In this document: positions 1 through 9,084 of the stretch, piece by piece
Numbering within the stretch: the first letter of the stretch is position 1
Layout of the letters: each line of letters begins with the position of its first letter
Source of the DNA: a virus
Taxonomy: Duplodnaviria > Caudoviricetes
DNA length: 26,541 nt
Virus record (IMG/VR): IMGVR_UViG_3300033076_001180
Location: 1 to 26,541 of that record
Direction: 5' to 3' (one strand)
Translations under genes and position numbers: made by a program
Notes under the pieces: generated by a model
Databases searched by the model: none
What the model was told of the DNA's origin: nothing
What the model saw: only the letters and a program-made list of their open reading frames with translations

Positions 1-2
1 CT

Positions 3-74
3 CGTCTGGACGTTCTTTACGGTTATCTCTGGGTTCGCCCGGAATGGGCCGTGGTCGTCGCGGACATCATCTAA
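3..74 (+). CDS. Major capsid protein, P22 coat-like, C-terminal fragment (5' truncated by window)
   Basis: Frame from position 3 reads RLDVLYGYLWVRPEWAVVVADII* (TAA 72-74). RLDVLYG...RPE is typical of P22-type coat C-termini, and the gene lies just upstream of gp4/gp10-like genes. Confidence 0.8.
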   Translation, partial: RLDVLYGYLWVRPEWAVVVADII

Positions 75-82
75 TCATCACA

Positions 83-112
83 GGGAGGGGCAGAAATGCC
101 CCTCTCGCCTTT
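83..112 (+). terminator. GC-rich hairpin after coat gene (terminator/attenuator-like)
   Basis: GGGAGGGGCA-GAAA-TGCCCCTCTC is a 10-bp stem (one G-U) with a GNRA loop. Only a short T run follows, then SD AAGGAG at 113-118. Confidence 0.6.
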
Positions 113-126
113 AAGGAGCGAGTAAA

Positions 127-456
127 ATGGCTAAAGCAAGACAGCAGTATTTAGGTGTTTACGAGAACATGGATTTCCCTGATTACAAATATGCGGAATA
201 TCCGAAAGTCGTCGGCTATCGGGATGATAAAAAATTAGACCCGATTATTGTAGCTGACGCGAAGGAAGAAGTGGAATTTATCACCACTGGTTTTCCGGGC
301 GCGCATGTTTCGAGAGAAGATGAACTTCAAGCGGAACTGGATCGGAAAGCGTTGGAATTAGATGCTGCAAAAAGGCAGCTTGCTGAACTTAAATCGCAGC
401 AGGAGAAGGCGAAGGCGAGTGTGCTGCCGCTTCCGGCTGGCAAGAAAGAAGGTTAA
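127..456 (+). CDS. Hypothetical protein in virion module (109 aa, C-terminal coiled coil)
   Basis: SD AAGGAG; lies between coat and adaptor genes; helical E/K/A-rich tail. Confidence 0.75.
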   Translation: MAKARQQYLGVYENMDFPDYKYAEYPKVVGYRDDKKLDPIIVADAKEEVEFITTGFPGAHVSREDELQAELDRKALELDAAKRQLAELKSQQEKAKASVLPLPAGKKEG

Positions 457-459
457 TCC

Positions 460-1188
460 ATGGCAACGACTGCCCAAGACATCATTACTTTAGCGTTTAA
501 AGACGCTGGTATTCTTGGTATCGGGCAGTCGATGCTTCCCGAGGATTACAATGATGCGCTGACCCGCATGAACATGATGATCGCACAATGGCGTGTGAAA
601 CGCTGGCTTGTGTGGCATCTTGTCGATAAAAGTATCGTGAGCACCGGGGCGCAGTATTACACTGTCGGTCCGGGCGGTGACATTGATGTTTCTTGGCGAC
701 CGGACAAACTTGAAAGTGCGTTCTTTCGTATGTTGCCGGGGGCGAATGGAACACAAGCTGTCGATTATCCGCTGCAGATTTTGTTTTCCTACGAGGACTA
801 TGCTCGCATCACGTTAAAAACACTTGTGTCTTTTTCACAGTGTATTTTTTACGACAGTGGGTATCCTCTTGGTAAGATTTATCCATGGCCGATTCCGCAA
901 GCAAACCTTTATTCAGTGCATATTGTGCTGAAAGAAGTGTTGAATGAATTTGCGGACTTAACATCGACGTTCGACTTTCCCCCGGAATATCTGGCGGCAC
1001 TGCACTACAATATGGTTGTGAGATTGAGAGCTGCATACAGAATGCCAGAGGACCCAGGGTTCAATGGTTTAGCGGCTGATGCGATGCAGACGTTGCGTTC
1101 TGCGAATGCCCAGATTCCGTCCCTTGTAATGCCGGATAATCTGGTCCGTCCGGGCGTTTACAACATCTACTCTGACCAGACGAGGTAA
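460..1188 (+). CDS. Head-to-tail adaptor, P22 gp4-like packaged DNA stabilization protein
   Basis: N-terminus TAQDIITLAFKDAGILGIGQ...EDYNDALTRMNMMIAQW and C-terminal FPPEYLAALHYNMVVRL match the gp4-like pattern; synteny with coat and gp10-like genes. Confidence 0.75.
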   Translation: MATTAQDIITLAFKDAGILGIGQSMLPEDYNDALTRMNMMIAQWRVKRWLVWHLVDKSIVSTGAQYYTVGPGGDIDVSWRPDKLESAFFRMLPGANGTQAVDYPLQILFSYEDYARITLKTLVSFSQCIFYDSGYPLGKIYPWPIPQANLYSVHIVLKEVLNEFADLTSTFDFPPEYLAALHYNMVVRLRAAYRMPEDPGFNGLAADAMQTLRSANAQIPSLVMPDNLVRPGVYNIYSDQTR

Positions 1189-1192
1189 TATC

Positions 1193-1594
1193 ATGGCTAT
1201 TCCGAATCGCTTTCAGTCAGGTTTCCGTCTCGAAGATGGCAACGCGCTTAATGCTGCGCTTGCTACTCCGCAGTGGCAGACGAATTATGGTATCACTGCT
1301 TTGGCTGGCGGTGCTTTATCAGCGTCTACGCCGGTTTTAAGCCTTGGCGCGAATGTCGTTGGCACCGTTGCGACGGCTGGTGACAGCGTTGTGCTGCCGA
1401 GCGCCGTTGCCGGTAGCGTTGTTTACATGCTTAACGCTGACAGCGCTGATGCGGTGAAGGTGTATGGCAATGGCAGCGATACGATTAACGGCACGGCTGG
1501 TGCTACGGGCGTGTCCTATGCGGCTGCGAAACGTGTGCTTTTCATCGCTGTGACGAATGGCGTGTGGATTGCTAACGTGCTTGCTGCCAGCTAA
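1193..1594 (+). CDS. Putative minor virion/decoration protein (133 aa, beta-rich)
   Basis: A/G/V/T-rich, with TVATAGDSVVLP...VYGNGSDTING resembling phage fibre/decoration beta domains; SD GAGG. Confidence 0.6.
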   Translation: MAIPNRFQSGFRLEDGNALNAALATPQWQTNYGITALAGGALSASTPVLSLGANVVGTVATAGDSVVLPSAVAGSVVYMLNADSADAVKVYGNGSDTINGTAGATGVSYAAAKRVLFIAVTNGVWIANVLAAS

Positions 1595-1612
1595 TAAGGC
1601 AAAGGGTGTAAG

Positions 1613-3028
1613 ATGCCTCAGATTCAGTTAGTTCAAGGTGCTTATGAAGCGCGGAGCGTGATCGCAAACGCTCAACGCTGCATAAACTTATACCCGGAAC
1701 TTAACACTAAAGATGCTGAGGTGCCTTACACGCATTACTGCACTCCGGGGCTGACGACTTTAGCACAAGGACAAATTGCTGAAGTTCGTCAGCTTTACAC
1801 TGCGTCGAATGGAAAACTGTTCGCAGTGATCGGAAATTTAGTTTACTACGTGCCTGATAATTTTGTGATGCAGGCGCTTGGTGCTATTAATACACAGTCT
1901 GGTCTTGTGTCGCTTTACGATAATAAGTTTACGCTGATTATTTTGGATGGCTCGACTGTTGGTTGGAGTATTGATTTAACAACTTTAGCGTTTAGTTCGT
2001 TCAGCCCGACGAATTTTGTGGGTGGGAACCAAGTAAGATACATTGATACGTTTTTAGTGTCGAGCACTCAAAATGGAAACATTCAATCGAGTGACTCGAA
2101 TGCCACGACCTATACGGCGTTAGCATCTGCGACGATGAGTGGTGACGCAGACCAGCTGCAAATCATTGACGTGGTGCATAAGGAAATTTGGAGTTTTGGT
2201 CGCCGCACTACAGAAGTCTGGAGTAATGTTGGCGGCTTTCCGTTTCCTTTTGCTCCAATCCCCGGCGTGTTTTTGCAACACGGCATTGCGGCGCTTCGGT
2301 CGCTGGCAAAGTGGGGCCTGAACATTTTCTTCTTATCGCAAGATAACAACGGCGAAGCGTTGGTGATGATGGGCACCGCCTACAAGGCTGACATCATTTC
2401 AACTCCCGCGATCAGCGATGCAATCGGTAATTATGAAATTATCAGCGATGCAATCGGTTTCACTTATCAGCAAGGTTCACATATTTTCTATGTGTTAACT
2501 TTCCCGACTGCCGATAAAACCTGGGTTTATGATTTGTCCACGCAACTCTGGCATGAGCGGGCGTGGCTTGATACTAACGGTCAATTACATCGCCATCGTG
2601 CGAACTGCGTTGCATATGCCTATGGCAAAACGATTTGTGGAGACTGGCAAAACGGAAAACTTTACAACTGGGATTTGCATGTCTACACAGACGACGGGCA
2701 GCCCATTGTGAAACTCCGTTCTTTCCCCCACATTGTAAGCAGCCTTGATCGCATCAGCTATAAACAATTTATGGCTGACGTGGAAGTTGGCACCGACATT
2801 GATCCATCTGATGACCCAATGTTATCGCTTCGCTGGAGTGATAACCGTGGCGTGAGTTTTGGAAACGTCGTGCAGCAATCGCTTGGAAAGACTGGTCAAT
2901 ACCAGACCATTCCTTCTTGGAATAGACTAGGGTTTGCACGAGATCGTGTGTTTGAATTGTCGTGGACTGCTGCCGCAGCGACTGCGTTAAACGGGGCGTT
3001 CATTGATGTGGAGAAAATGGAAACATAA
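1613..3028 (+). CDS. Tail hub, P22 gp10-like packaged DNA stabilization protein
   Basis: 471 aa. QRCINLYPE, TTEVW, FTYQQGSHIFYVLTFP..TWVYD..T.LWHER and LRWSDNRG..F...G..G.Y....WNRLG..RDRVFEL are characteristic of this family. Confidence 0.85.
   Translation: MPQIQLVQGAYEARSVIANAQRCINLYPELNTKDAEVPYTHYCTPGLTTLAQGQIAEVRQLYTASNGKLFAVIGNLVYYVPDNFVMQALGAINTQSGLVSLYDNKFTLIILDGSTVGWSIDLTTLAFSSFSPTNFVGGNQVRYIDTFLVSSTQNGNIQSSDSNATTYTALASATMSGDADQLQIIDVVHKEIWSFGRRTTEVWSNVGGFPFPFAPIPGVFLQHGIAALRSLAKWGLNIFFLSQDNNGEALVMMGTAYKADIISTPAISDAIGNYEIISDAIGFTYQQGSHIFYVLTFPTADKTWVYDLSTQLWHERAWLDTNGQLHRHRANCVAYAYGKTICGDWQNGKLYNWDLHVYTDDGQPIVKLRSFPHIVSSLDRISYKQFMADVEVGTDIDPSDDPMLSLRWSDNRGVSFGNVVQQSLGKTGQYQTIPSWNRLGFARDRVFELSWTAAAATALNGAFIDVEKMET
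2411..2458 (+). repeat. Exact 18-bp direct repeat inside the gp10-like gene
   Basis: ATCAGCGATGCAATCGGT at 2411-2428 and 2441-2458 (ISDAIG twice). Confidence 0.9.
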
Positions 3029-3282
3029 TGCTTCGCGCTCTTGTTCCAAACTCTCTCAAAAATCTAATCCAGCCTGACGGGTCGATCTCTCGGCAGTTGC
3101 AGCTTTTGCTTTCCGCACTTGTGCAGAACTCTGTTCCGACGACTGAGAACTCCACAACTGGAGCGCCGTTGGCGGGGGCAATACTTTTACCGGACGCCGC
3201 GATTGTGCCAAACGGCTGGGTGCAAGTCGGCACTACTGTGACTTTGGGTGGAAACACCTACAAAATTATAACGCTCGTTTAG
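3028..3282 (+). CDS. Small hypothetical tail protein (84 aa) at the tail-needle position
   Basis: TAATG coupling with the gp10-like gene; synteny only. Confidence 0.65.
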   Translation: MLRALVPNSLKNLIQPDGSISRQLQLLLSALVQNSVPTTENSTTGAPLAGAILLPDAAIVPNGWVQVGTTVTLGGNTYKIITLV

Positions 3283-3291
3283 GAGAGTGAT

Positions 3292-4128
3292 ATGGACCCT
3301 TTGACATTGGCAATGATGGGCGGGACCGCGCTCTCCGGGCTTGGCAGTATTTTTGGAGCAGGAACGCAAAGCCGTGCGGCTGGCGCATCTGGGCAAATGG
3401 GGCTGCTTGGCTCGATCATGGCGGCGCAAGCTGCGGAACAGGGCTACCAACGGGCACAAGGTGCGTTGTCGCCGTATAGTTCTGCTGGCACGAAATCGCT
3501 TGATCTTTTGCAGTCGTATTTGACTGGTGATGCTGCGCAGCAAGCTGGTGTCGGCGGCGGCGGTCCCTCGTTGATTAGCACTTTTCAGCCGACACAGGCG
3601 CAGCTTGAAGGCACTCCGGGTTATCAGTGGGCAAGAAGTCAAGCGCTTGGAGCGATGGCGAATAGCGGTGCGGCCAAAGGTTTAGGCACGTCTGGTAATT
3701 TGGTGCAGCAACTCGGCCAGACCGCGACAGGTCTTGGATCACAAACATTCCAGCAGCAACTGCAAAACTATCTCATCCAGAACCAGCAAGCCTACAACAT
3801 GCTTTACGGGCCGTCGCAGTTGGGCGCGAACGCTGCGCAGGGCATTGCATCGGCGGCTACAGGATCGGCGGCGAACATCGGCAACGCAATCATGGGCGGC
3901 GCGAATGCGCTTGGAGCTGGCATCATGGGCGCAGGCAATGCGGCAGCTGCGGGGACACAGGCGGGCTTCGGTGCTGCCGGAAACGCACTATCAATGCCAT
4001 ATTTTGCTGCGAACTTCGGCACAACCGGCAGAGGCGGAACAAGCGGCACAAATTATGCTGGCATCCCGGAAGCGTTGCAGTGGTTTTCAGGTCAAAGCCG
4101 TGGTCCCCTCGGATTTAATGTTGCGTAA
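3292..4128 (+). CDS. DNA ejection/transfer protein, P22 gp7-like
   Basis: SD AGGAG; G/A/Q-rich; hydrophobic MDPLTLAMMGGTALSGLGSIFGA start; PY..AG and TPGYQW...G motifs typical of podovirus pilot proteins. Confidence 0.7.
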   Translation: MDPLTLAMMGGTALSGLGSIFGAGTQSRAAGASGQMGLLGSIMAAQAAEQGYQRAQGALSPYSSAGTKSLDLLQSYLTGDAAQQAGVGGGGPSLISTFQPTQAQLEGTPGYQWARSQALGAMANSGAAKGLGTSGNLVQQLGQTATGLGSQTFQQQLQNYLIQNQQAYNMLYGPSQLGANAAQGIASAATGSAANIGNAIMGGANALGAGIMGAGNAAAAGTQAGFGAAGNALSMPYFAANFGTTGRGGTSGTNYAGIPEALQWFSGQSRGPLGFNVA

Positions 4129-4140
4129 GGAGTCTTAAAA

Positions 4141-5607
4141 ATGGCTGATGGTATTCCTTATCCCCAAGCTCCTTCTTACGGCACGGCTAATCCGCTGCAG
4201 CAAATGGAACAGATGCAGGCTCTTGGGCTTCGCGGCGCGGAAATGCAGCGAGTGCAGCAAGCCGTGCAGCAGCAGGAACTTGTCAACCAATCCAAAAGGG
4301 TGATTGGTGCGTTAGCGCAGCAAAGTTTGGACCCTGCGACGGGTGAACTGGACATGCACAAGTTGCTTGGTGTAGCGGCGCAACACCCGGAAGCGGCGTT
4401 GGGTTATACTGAGTTGGCTCGACAGGCCCTCGACATGGGACTTATTGATGCGCAGCGACATGAAAAGGATTTGGACATTCGGGCGAAAGAATTAGACTTT
4501 GCCTCAAGGGCAATGACTGGTTTAATTGATGACCCTGATATTCAGAATAATACTCCTGCGGCTAAAGGAAAGATTGCAGGAGCGTTCGCACAAATGGGTG
4601 TTGCCACTGGTAAGCCTCGTGAATGGGCTACGCAGCGTCTCTTAGAATATTCTCAGCTTCAAGATCAATATAAAATGAAGCCTGTGCAGTTTGTGAAAAA
4701 TGCACTTACAAATACAGAACGTGGTTTAGCTGCTACACAAGAAGCTCGTGCAAATTTTAAAAACCAGACCGAAGCTGTGCCTGTCACCGAGTATGATCCG
4801 AATACGGGTGAATATGTGCCGACCAGCATTCCGAAGTCGGAATGGCTCAAGCGTCAGGCTGGTCGTGGAAATCTTGTTGGCGTTGGGTCGGCTCCTCCCG
4901 GCGCGGCAAGTAGGCTGGAGGGTTCACCCTCGGACTCTCCAGCCGTCCCTTACGGTGAGCGCAGCGTGGCGACTGGATTGCCTGCTGGTGAAGCCGAACG
5001 ACTCAAAGGGCAAAGCGAAGCGTGGACAGGTCTGCGTAAAGACGTGCAGGAAGGTGCGCAGAATGCGACCGCCAGCATGATGCAGATTGAGGACATGGAA
5101 GGAAAATTAAAAAGCATGGGGTATCGCACGGGCATGTTTGCGCCGGAGCAACTCCAGCTTGCAAAGGCTGCGCTTTTCTTCGATCCGCAAGATCAGTCCG
5201 GTGCGCTCGACATGGTGCTTGGCGCAAAAAATCCGCAGGAAGCTGCCAAAATCATCGGCACCATGGAAGCGTTTGATAAGCAGGCGATCATCCAAAAGAC
5301 TGAAGCGCTGCGCACGGCGATGGGTTCCGCGAACAAACTTACAAACGCTGAGTTCAAAACCTTCCAAGATGCGCTTGTTGGTCTGCGGTCATCTCCGCAG
5401 GGCATTGCTGAAATCTACAAATACATGGAAAAGTTGAACAGGATTGTGCAGGAACGTGCAGCGTTTCTTAACGACTACGAAGATGAACTGGGCCACACGC
5501 CACATGGCCGTGATGCTGTTCGCTTCGAAAAAGAATGGTTCGACCATGTGAAGCGTCATCCTGATCTTTACAAATACACTGGCCCAAAAGCTGAAGGAGA
5601 AAAGTGA
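4141..5607 (+). CDS. Putative DNA ejection protein (second, gp20-like position)
   Basis: SD AAGGAG; 488 aa helical, Q-rich N-terminus; lies between the two other ejection genes. Confidence 0.6.
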   Translation: MADGIPYPQAPSYGTANPLQQMEQMQALGLRGAEMQRVQQAVQQQELVNQSKRVIGALAQQSLDPATGELDMHKLLGVAAQHPEAALGYTELARQALDMGLIDAQRHEKDLDIRAKELDFASRAMTGLIDDPDIQNNTPAAKGKIAGAFAQMGVATGKPREWATQRLLEYSQLQDQYKMKPVQFVKNALTNTERGLAATQEARANFKNQTEAVPVTEYDPNTGEYVPTSIPKSEWLKRQAGRGNLVGVGSAPPGAASRLEGSPSDSPAVPYGERSVATGLPAGEAERLKGQSEAWTGLRKDVQEGAQNATASMMQIEDMEGKLKSMGYRTGMFAPEQLQLAKAALFFDPQDQSGALDMVLGAKNPQEAAKIIGTMEAFDKQAIIQKTEALRTAMGSANKLTNAEFKTFQDALVGLRSSPQGIAEIYKYMEKLNRIVQERAAFLNDYEDELGHTPHGRDAVRFEKEWFDHVKRHPDLYKYTGPKAEGEK

Positions 5608-7958
5608 TGGCGAGGCAATTTGATGTCAGCGTCAATCCGATCCAGACGCTAAAGGCTGGTATCGGTCGGCTGGAAAGCGGAAACAATTATTTCGCCCAAG
5701 GGCCGGAGATTGCACGTAAGAAGGGAACAGATCGAGCGTATGGCAAGTATCAGGTCATGGGCGCGAATATTCCTTCGTGGACGGAGCAGGCGCTTGGCCG
5801 CAAGCTGACGCCTTTCGAGTTCTTAAATAGCCCAGAAGCACAAGAGGCTGTTTTTGAACATCAGATGGGCCGGAACTTGCAGAAGTATGGAAATCTGCAA
5901 GATGCTGCGTCTGTGTGGTTTTCAGGCAGGCCGTTGGCGCAAGCGCAAAAAGCTGGCGCGCATGACGTGAACATTGGCGTTCAGGATTATGTGGCGAGAG
6001 CGCTTGGCGGAAGCCAACAGGCGTCTGGCGGTGTGCAAGTTGCTGGTGGGGATGAGGCGCTGTTTCGGCGGCTGCAGGAAAGGGCTGCAGCGCGTTTGAC
6101 TGGCGGTGTGGCGACTGCGCCGGAACAAGCGGCGGAAACTCCCGAGGCCATGGATGCGTTTGCAAGATTGCGGGAACGCGCAGCACAGCGGATTGCTCCG
6201 ACGCCTGCCCCGCAAGCGACTGCACAAATGACTTCCCCGCCGTTGCCGCCTGTTCCGCAAGCGCCTTCTGCTCCAGCGCCTGCCGTGCCTCAAGATGTGT
6301 GGGGGCCGGGACAGGAATATCTGAATGCTTTGACGTTCGGTGCGTCTCGTGCGGCGTTGCCGTATTCGTCTGAGCAAGTCGCGCAGATGCGGAAGGCTTA
6401 TGAAACGGCCCATCCGTATCAAAGTGCTGGAATGGAAGTGCTGGGCGGCGTGACGCAGGGGCTTGGACTGGCGTTAGCGGGGCCGGAGTTGGCTGGCGCG
6501 GCGCTTGGATCACGGGCGTTGCAAGCCATTCCGGGCATGGGCCGGATCGTTCCTGCGGTGCAAAAGCTGGCGGGGATGCGTCCGGGATATGCGGGGCCGT
6601 TTCCGAGCGGCGGGTATGTCGCACGTCCCGGCATGGTTGAGGCCGGAAAGCGCGTTGCGGCGGGCGTGGGCGTCGGTGGCGCAAAAGGGGCGGGACAGGC
6701 CGCGCTTAACGTCGGCGTCCATCCTGACGTTCCTGTGGGCGAACAAATCGCCCTTGGCGGCACGGTCGGGGCGATGGCCGAACCCGTGGCCCGTTATGTC
6801 GGCGGAATGGCCGGTCCGGCGATGGCTCCCCACATTGAAGAACCTGTCCGCGACGTTGGCAAATTAGCCCAGACTAAGTTCGGCGTTTCGCTCATGCCGT
6901 GGCAGCTTTCCAACATGCCCGCCGAGCAACAACTGGCCTCCAAACTTCTGACTCCCGAACTTGCCGTTAAACAGGCGAAGGAATTTCAGAAGGCTGTTGG
7001 TGATCGGTTTGGACATACCGGACCGTTCACGCCGCAAGCTATCGCCCAAACACGAGACTCCATCGGCCAAAGCATCGGCACAATCGCTCAAGGCACTCCG
7101 ATTGATCTCACATCGCGGGGTTTGGGTCGAGCGGTTCGTCGTGACATCGACGCTCTTGTGCATCAAGCCATCACCACAATTTCTGACCCAGCCGATCTAA
7201 ACAAGGTCCTCCGCACAATTTCAAACGTGGATAACGCGGTTTTCCAAAAAGGACTGCGTGGTGATGTGATACAAAATCTTGTGCAGAAAAATGGCACGAT
7301 CAATCACGGTCTGCCGCCGACCAGCAATGCGCTTTACCAGTTTTACAATACCCAACTGCAACGCATCGCGGATAAAGTGTTTGAGGGTGCGACGATACCC
7401 GGAAAGGCAGATGCTTGGCGTGACGCAAGACGCATGTATAAAACTGCGTCTATGGCGGAAGAAGCTGCGACTGTCGCCGGTATTTTGAACCCGAAAAAGT
7501 TCGCGTCGGCTGCTGCAAAACGTGGAGCAAAAGGTGAGGAACGGGAGTTGCAGGACATCGGTGATCTGATGTTCAACGTAACCGATAAGGGTGAACCGAT
7601 TATTCCGGCTCCGCAACGCGCAGATCGGTTTTGGGAAAATCCTGCCGTGCAAATCCTTGGTGCGGCTGCGGCTCCCTACGCGGCAGGCAGCATGTCCGAA
7701 CTTGGTCAAACCATGCTTTCAAGCATTGGCTTCGGCCCGATGGCGGCAGCTGCCGGTGGCGCAACACTTGCGGCGGCTCGTTACGGTGGCGCGAAAGCAT
7801 TCGAAGCTGCAAAGCACCGCATGTTGACCACGCCTTACTATCAGCGCGCCATCATGCAAGGTGAGGTGCCTTTCGCACACAACGTATTAACTGGCCCCGT
7901 CGCGGTATCGGGGGCGGTAAGCGCTGCGGAAACTCAGAAAGCTCGGAGAAAGAAATGA
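5607..7958 (+). CDS. Large DNA ejection protein with N-terminal lysozyme/lytic transglycosylase-like domain
   Basis: TGATG coupling (ATG 5607; GTG 5604 is an alternative). LESGNNY...AYGKYQVM...W.....G......F...PEAQE..F......KYG....AASVWFSG is a lysozyme-like fold with catalytic Glu in ES. A Pro-rich linker and A/G-rich body follow. Confidence 0.75.
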   Translation: MARQFDVSVNPIQTLKAGIGRLESGNNYFAQGPEIARKKGTDRAYGKYQVMGANIPSWTEQALGRKLTPFEFLNSPEAQEAVFEHQMGRNLQKYGNLQDAASVWFSGRPLAQAQKAGAHDVNIGVQDYVARALGGSQQASGGVQVAGGDEALFRRLQERAAARLTGGVATAPEQAAETPEAMDAFARLRERAAQRIAPTPAPQATAQMTSPPLPPVPQAPSAPAPAVPQDVWGPGQEYLNALTFGASRAALPYSSEQVAQMRKAYETAHPYQSAGMEVLGGVTQGLGLALAGPELAGAALGSRALQAIPGMGRIVPAVQKLAGMRPGYAGPFPSGGYVARPGMVEAGKRVAAGVGVGGAKGAGQAALNVGVHPDVPVGEQIALGGTVGAMAEPVARYVGGMAGPAMAPHIEEPVRDVGKLAQTKFGVSLMPWQLSNMPAEQQLASKLLTPELAVKQAKEFQKAVGDRFGHTGPFTPQAIAQTRDSIGQSIGTIAQGTPIDLTSRGLGRAVRRDIDALVHQAITTISDPADLNKVLRTISNVDNAVFQKGLRGDVIQNLVQKNGTINHGLPPTSNALYQFYNTQLQRIADKVFEGATIPGKADAWRDARRMYKTASMAEEAATVAGILNPKKFASAAAKRGAKGEERELQDIGDLMFNVTDKGEPIIPAPQRADRFWENPAVQILGAAAAPYAAGSMSELGQTMLSSIGFGPMAAAAGGATLAAARYGGAKAFEAAKHRMLTTPYYQRAIMQGEVPFAHNVLTGPVAVSGAVSAAETQKARRKK

Positions 7959-9055
7959 AAAAGGTAACAGGAGCCCTCGCGGCCTTTTTGTATAGCACGA
8001 CATCACTTTGGGGCGCGACATTGCTGCCGAACGGAATGCAGCAATTCATCGACGCAAACGGCAAACCTTACGCGAATGGCAAGGTTTACTTTTACAGCAA
8101 CTATCCGACATGCTCGGTCCTGAAAAATACCTACCAAGATGAAGCAGGCTCAGTCCTCAACACCAATCCGGTCGTGCTGTCGGCCATGGGCACCGCCACG
8201 ATTTTCGGATCTGGCGCGTATTGCCAAGTTTTAAAAGACTCCCTCGGCAACACTGTCTGGACGAAATACACGTCCGACACATCGTCCGCGTCGAACTTAG
8301 GTTGGGGCGGAACGTCTGGCGGCACAGCTAACGCACAGACTGTAACTGTCACGTCCTTCACAGGCACGAATGGGCAATCGTTTTATTTCATCGCAGGGTT
8401 CACAAATACCGGCCCGTTATCTTTAGCTGTTAACGGCGGTTCGCCAATTAGCGTGGTGCGCGACACCCCTACAGGTTCGTTAACGCTTGCTGGTGGTGAG
8501 GTTGTGGCAGGCAATGTCGTCGGCGTCACCTATACATCTGCATCCGGCGTGTTCCACTTAATCACAAACACCACGCAGATCGGTTATGCTGGTGAAGTTC
8601 GCATATTTGCGATGGCGACGTGCCCAAGTGGATGGCTCGCGACAGATGGATCGGCGGTCAGCGCTACGACTTATCCTAATTTGTTTGGCGCAATCGGCAC
8701 AACTTGGGGCTCAAGCGCTGGCAATGTTGTGCTTCCGAATTTCCAAAATCAATTCTTGCGTGGTGCGGGGACAAGCGCGGTCGGCACGTATGAAGCTGAC
8801 ACGTATTTGAACCATAATCATGCTGTGACTGATCCGGGACATCAGCACACATTGTCTGTAAATAGCGACGGCTTCTCTACGGGCTCAGCCGGATCGGTTA
8901 GTCGTTTTGCTACGTTCGGAACGCAGGCTTCTCCGGGAAACACAGTAGGCACCACTTATACTGCGACCACGGGCCTCACGGTGAACACATCGACGACTGG
9001 TGGAACGGAAACGCGGCCCAAGAATTACCGCGTTCAGTTCTGCATCAAGTATTAA
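7955..9055 (+). CDS. Tail fibre protein with phage tail-collar domain
   Basis: ATGA overlap. Virion-attachment-like QFIDANGKPYANGKVYFY...TYQD....LNTNPVVL; collar motif GEVRIFA...PSGWLATDGSAVS...YPNLFGAIGTTWG...LPNFQNQFLRG; C-terminal ETRPKN..VQFCIKY. Confidence 0.85.
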   Translation: MKKVTGALAAFLYSTTSLWGATLLPNGMQQFIDANGKPYANGKVYFYSNYPTCSVLKNTYQDEAGSVLNTNPVVLSAMGTATIFGSGAYCQVLKDSLGNTVWTKYTSDTSSASNLGWGGTSGGTANAQTVTVTSFTGTNGQSFYFIAGFTNTGPLSLAVNGGSPISVVRDTPTGSLTLAGGEVVAGNVVGVTYTSASGVFHLITNTTQIGYAGEVRIFAMATCPSGWLATDGSAVSATTYPNLFGAIGTTWGSSAGNVVLPNFQNQFLRGAGTSAVGTYEADTYLNHNHAVTDPGHQHTLSVNSDGFSTGSAGSVSRFATFGTQASPGNTVGTTYTATTGLTVNTSTTGGTETRPKNYRVQFCIKY

Positions 9056-9084
9056 GGCCACTACGAACTGTGTATGGGGTGGGA

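Noticed and set aside
5755-6684. 309-aa minus-strand ORF and other long antisense ORFs
   Set aside because: Shadow frames of GC-rich coding genes, with low-complexity P/R/A sequence and no motifs.
7955-9055. Diversity-generating retroelement or invertible tail-fibre cassette
   Set aside because: No reverse transcriptase, invertase or duplicated template region is seen in the window.
9056-9084. Bidirectional terminator at the convergence of the two arms
   Set aside because: The 29-nt gap has no convincing stem or T tracts.
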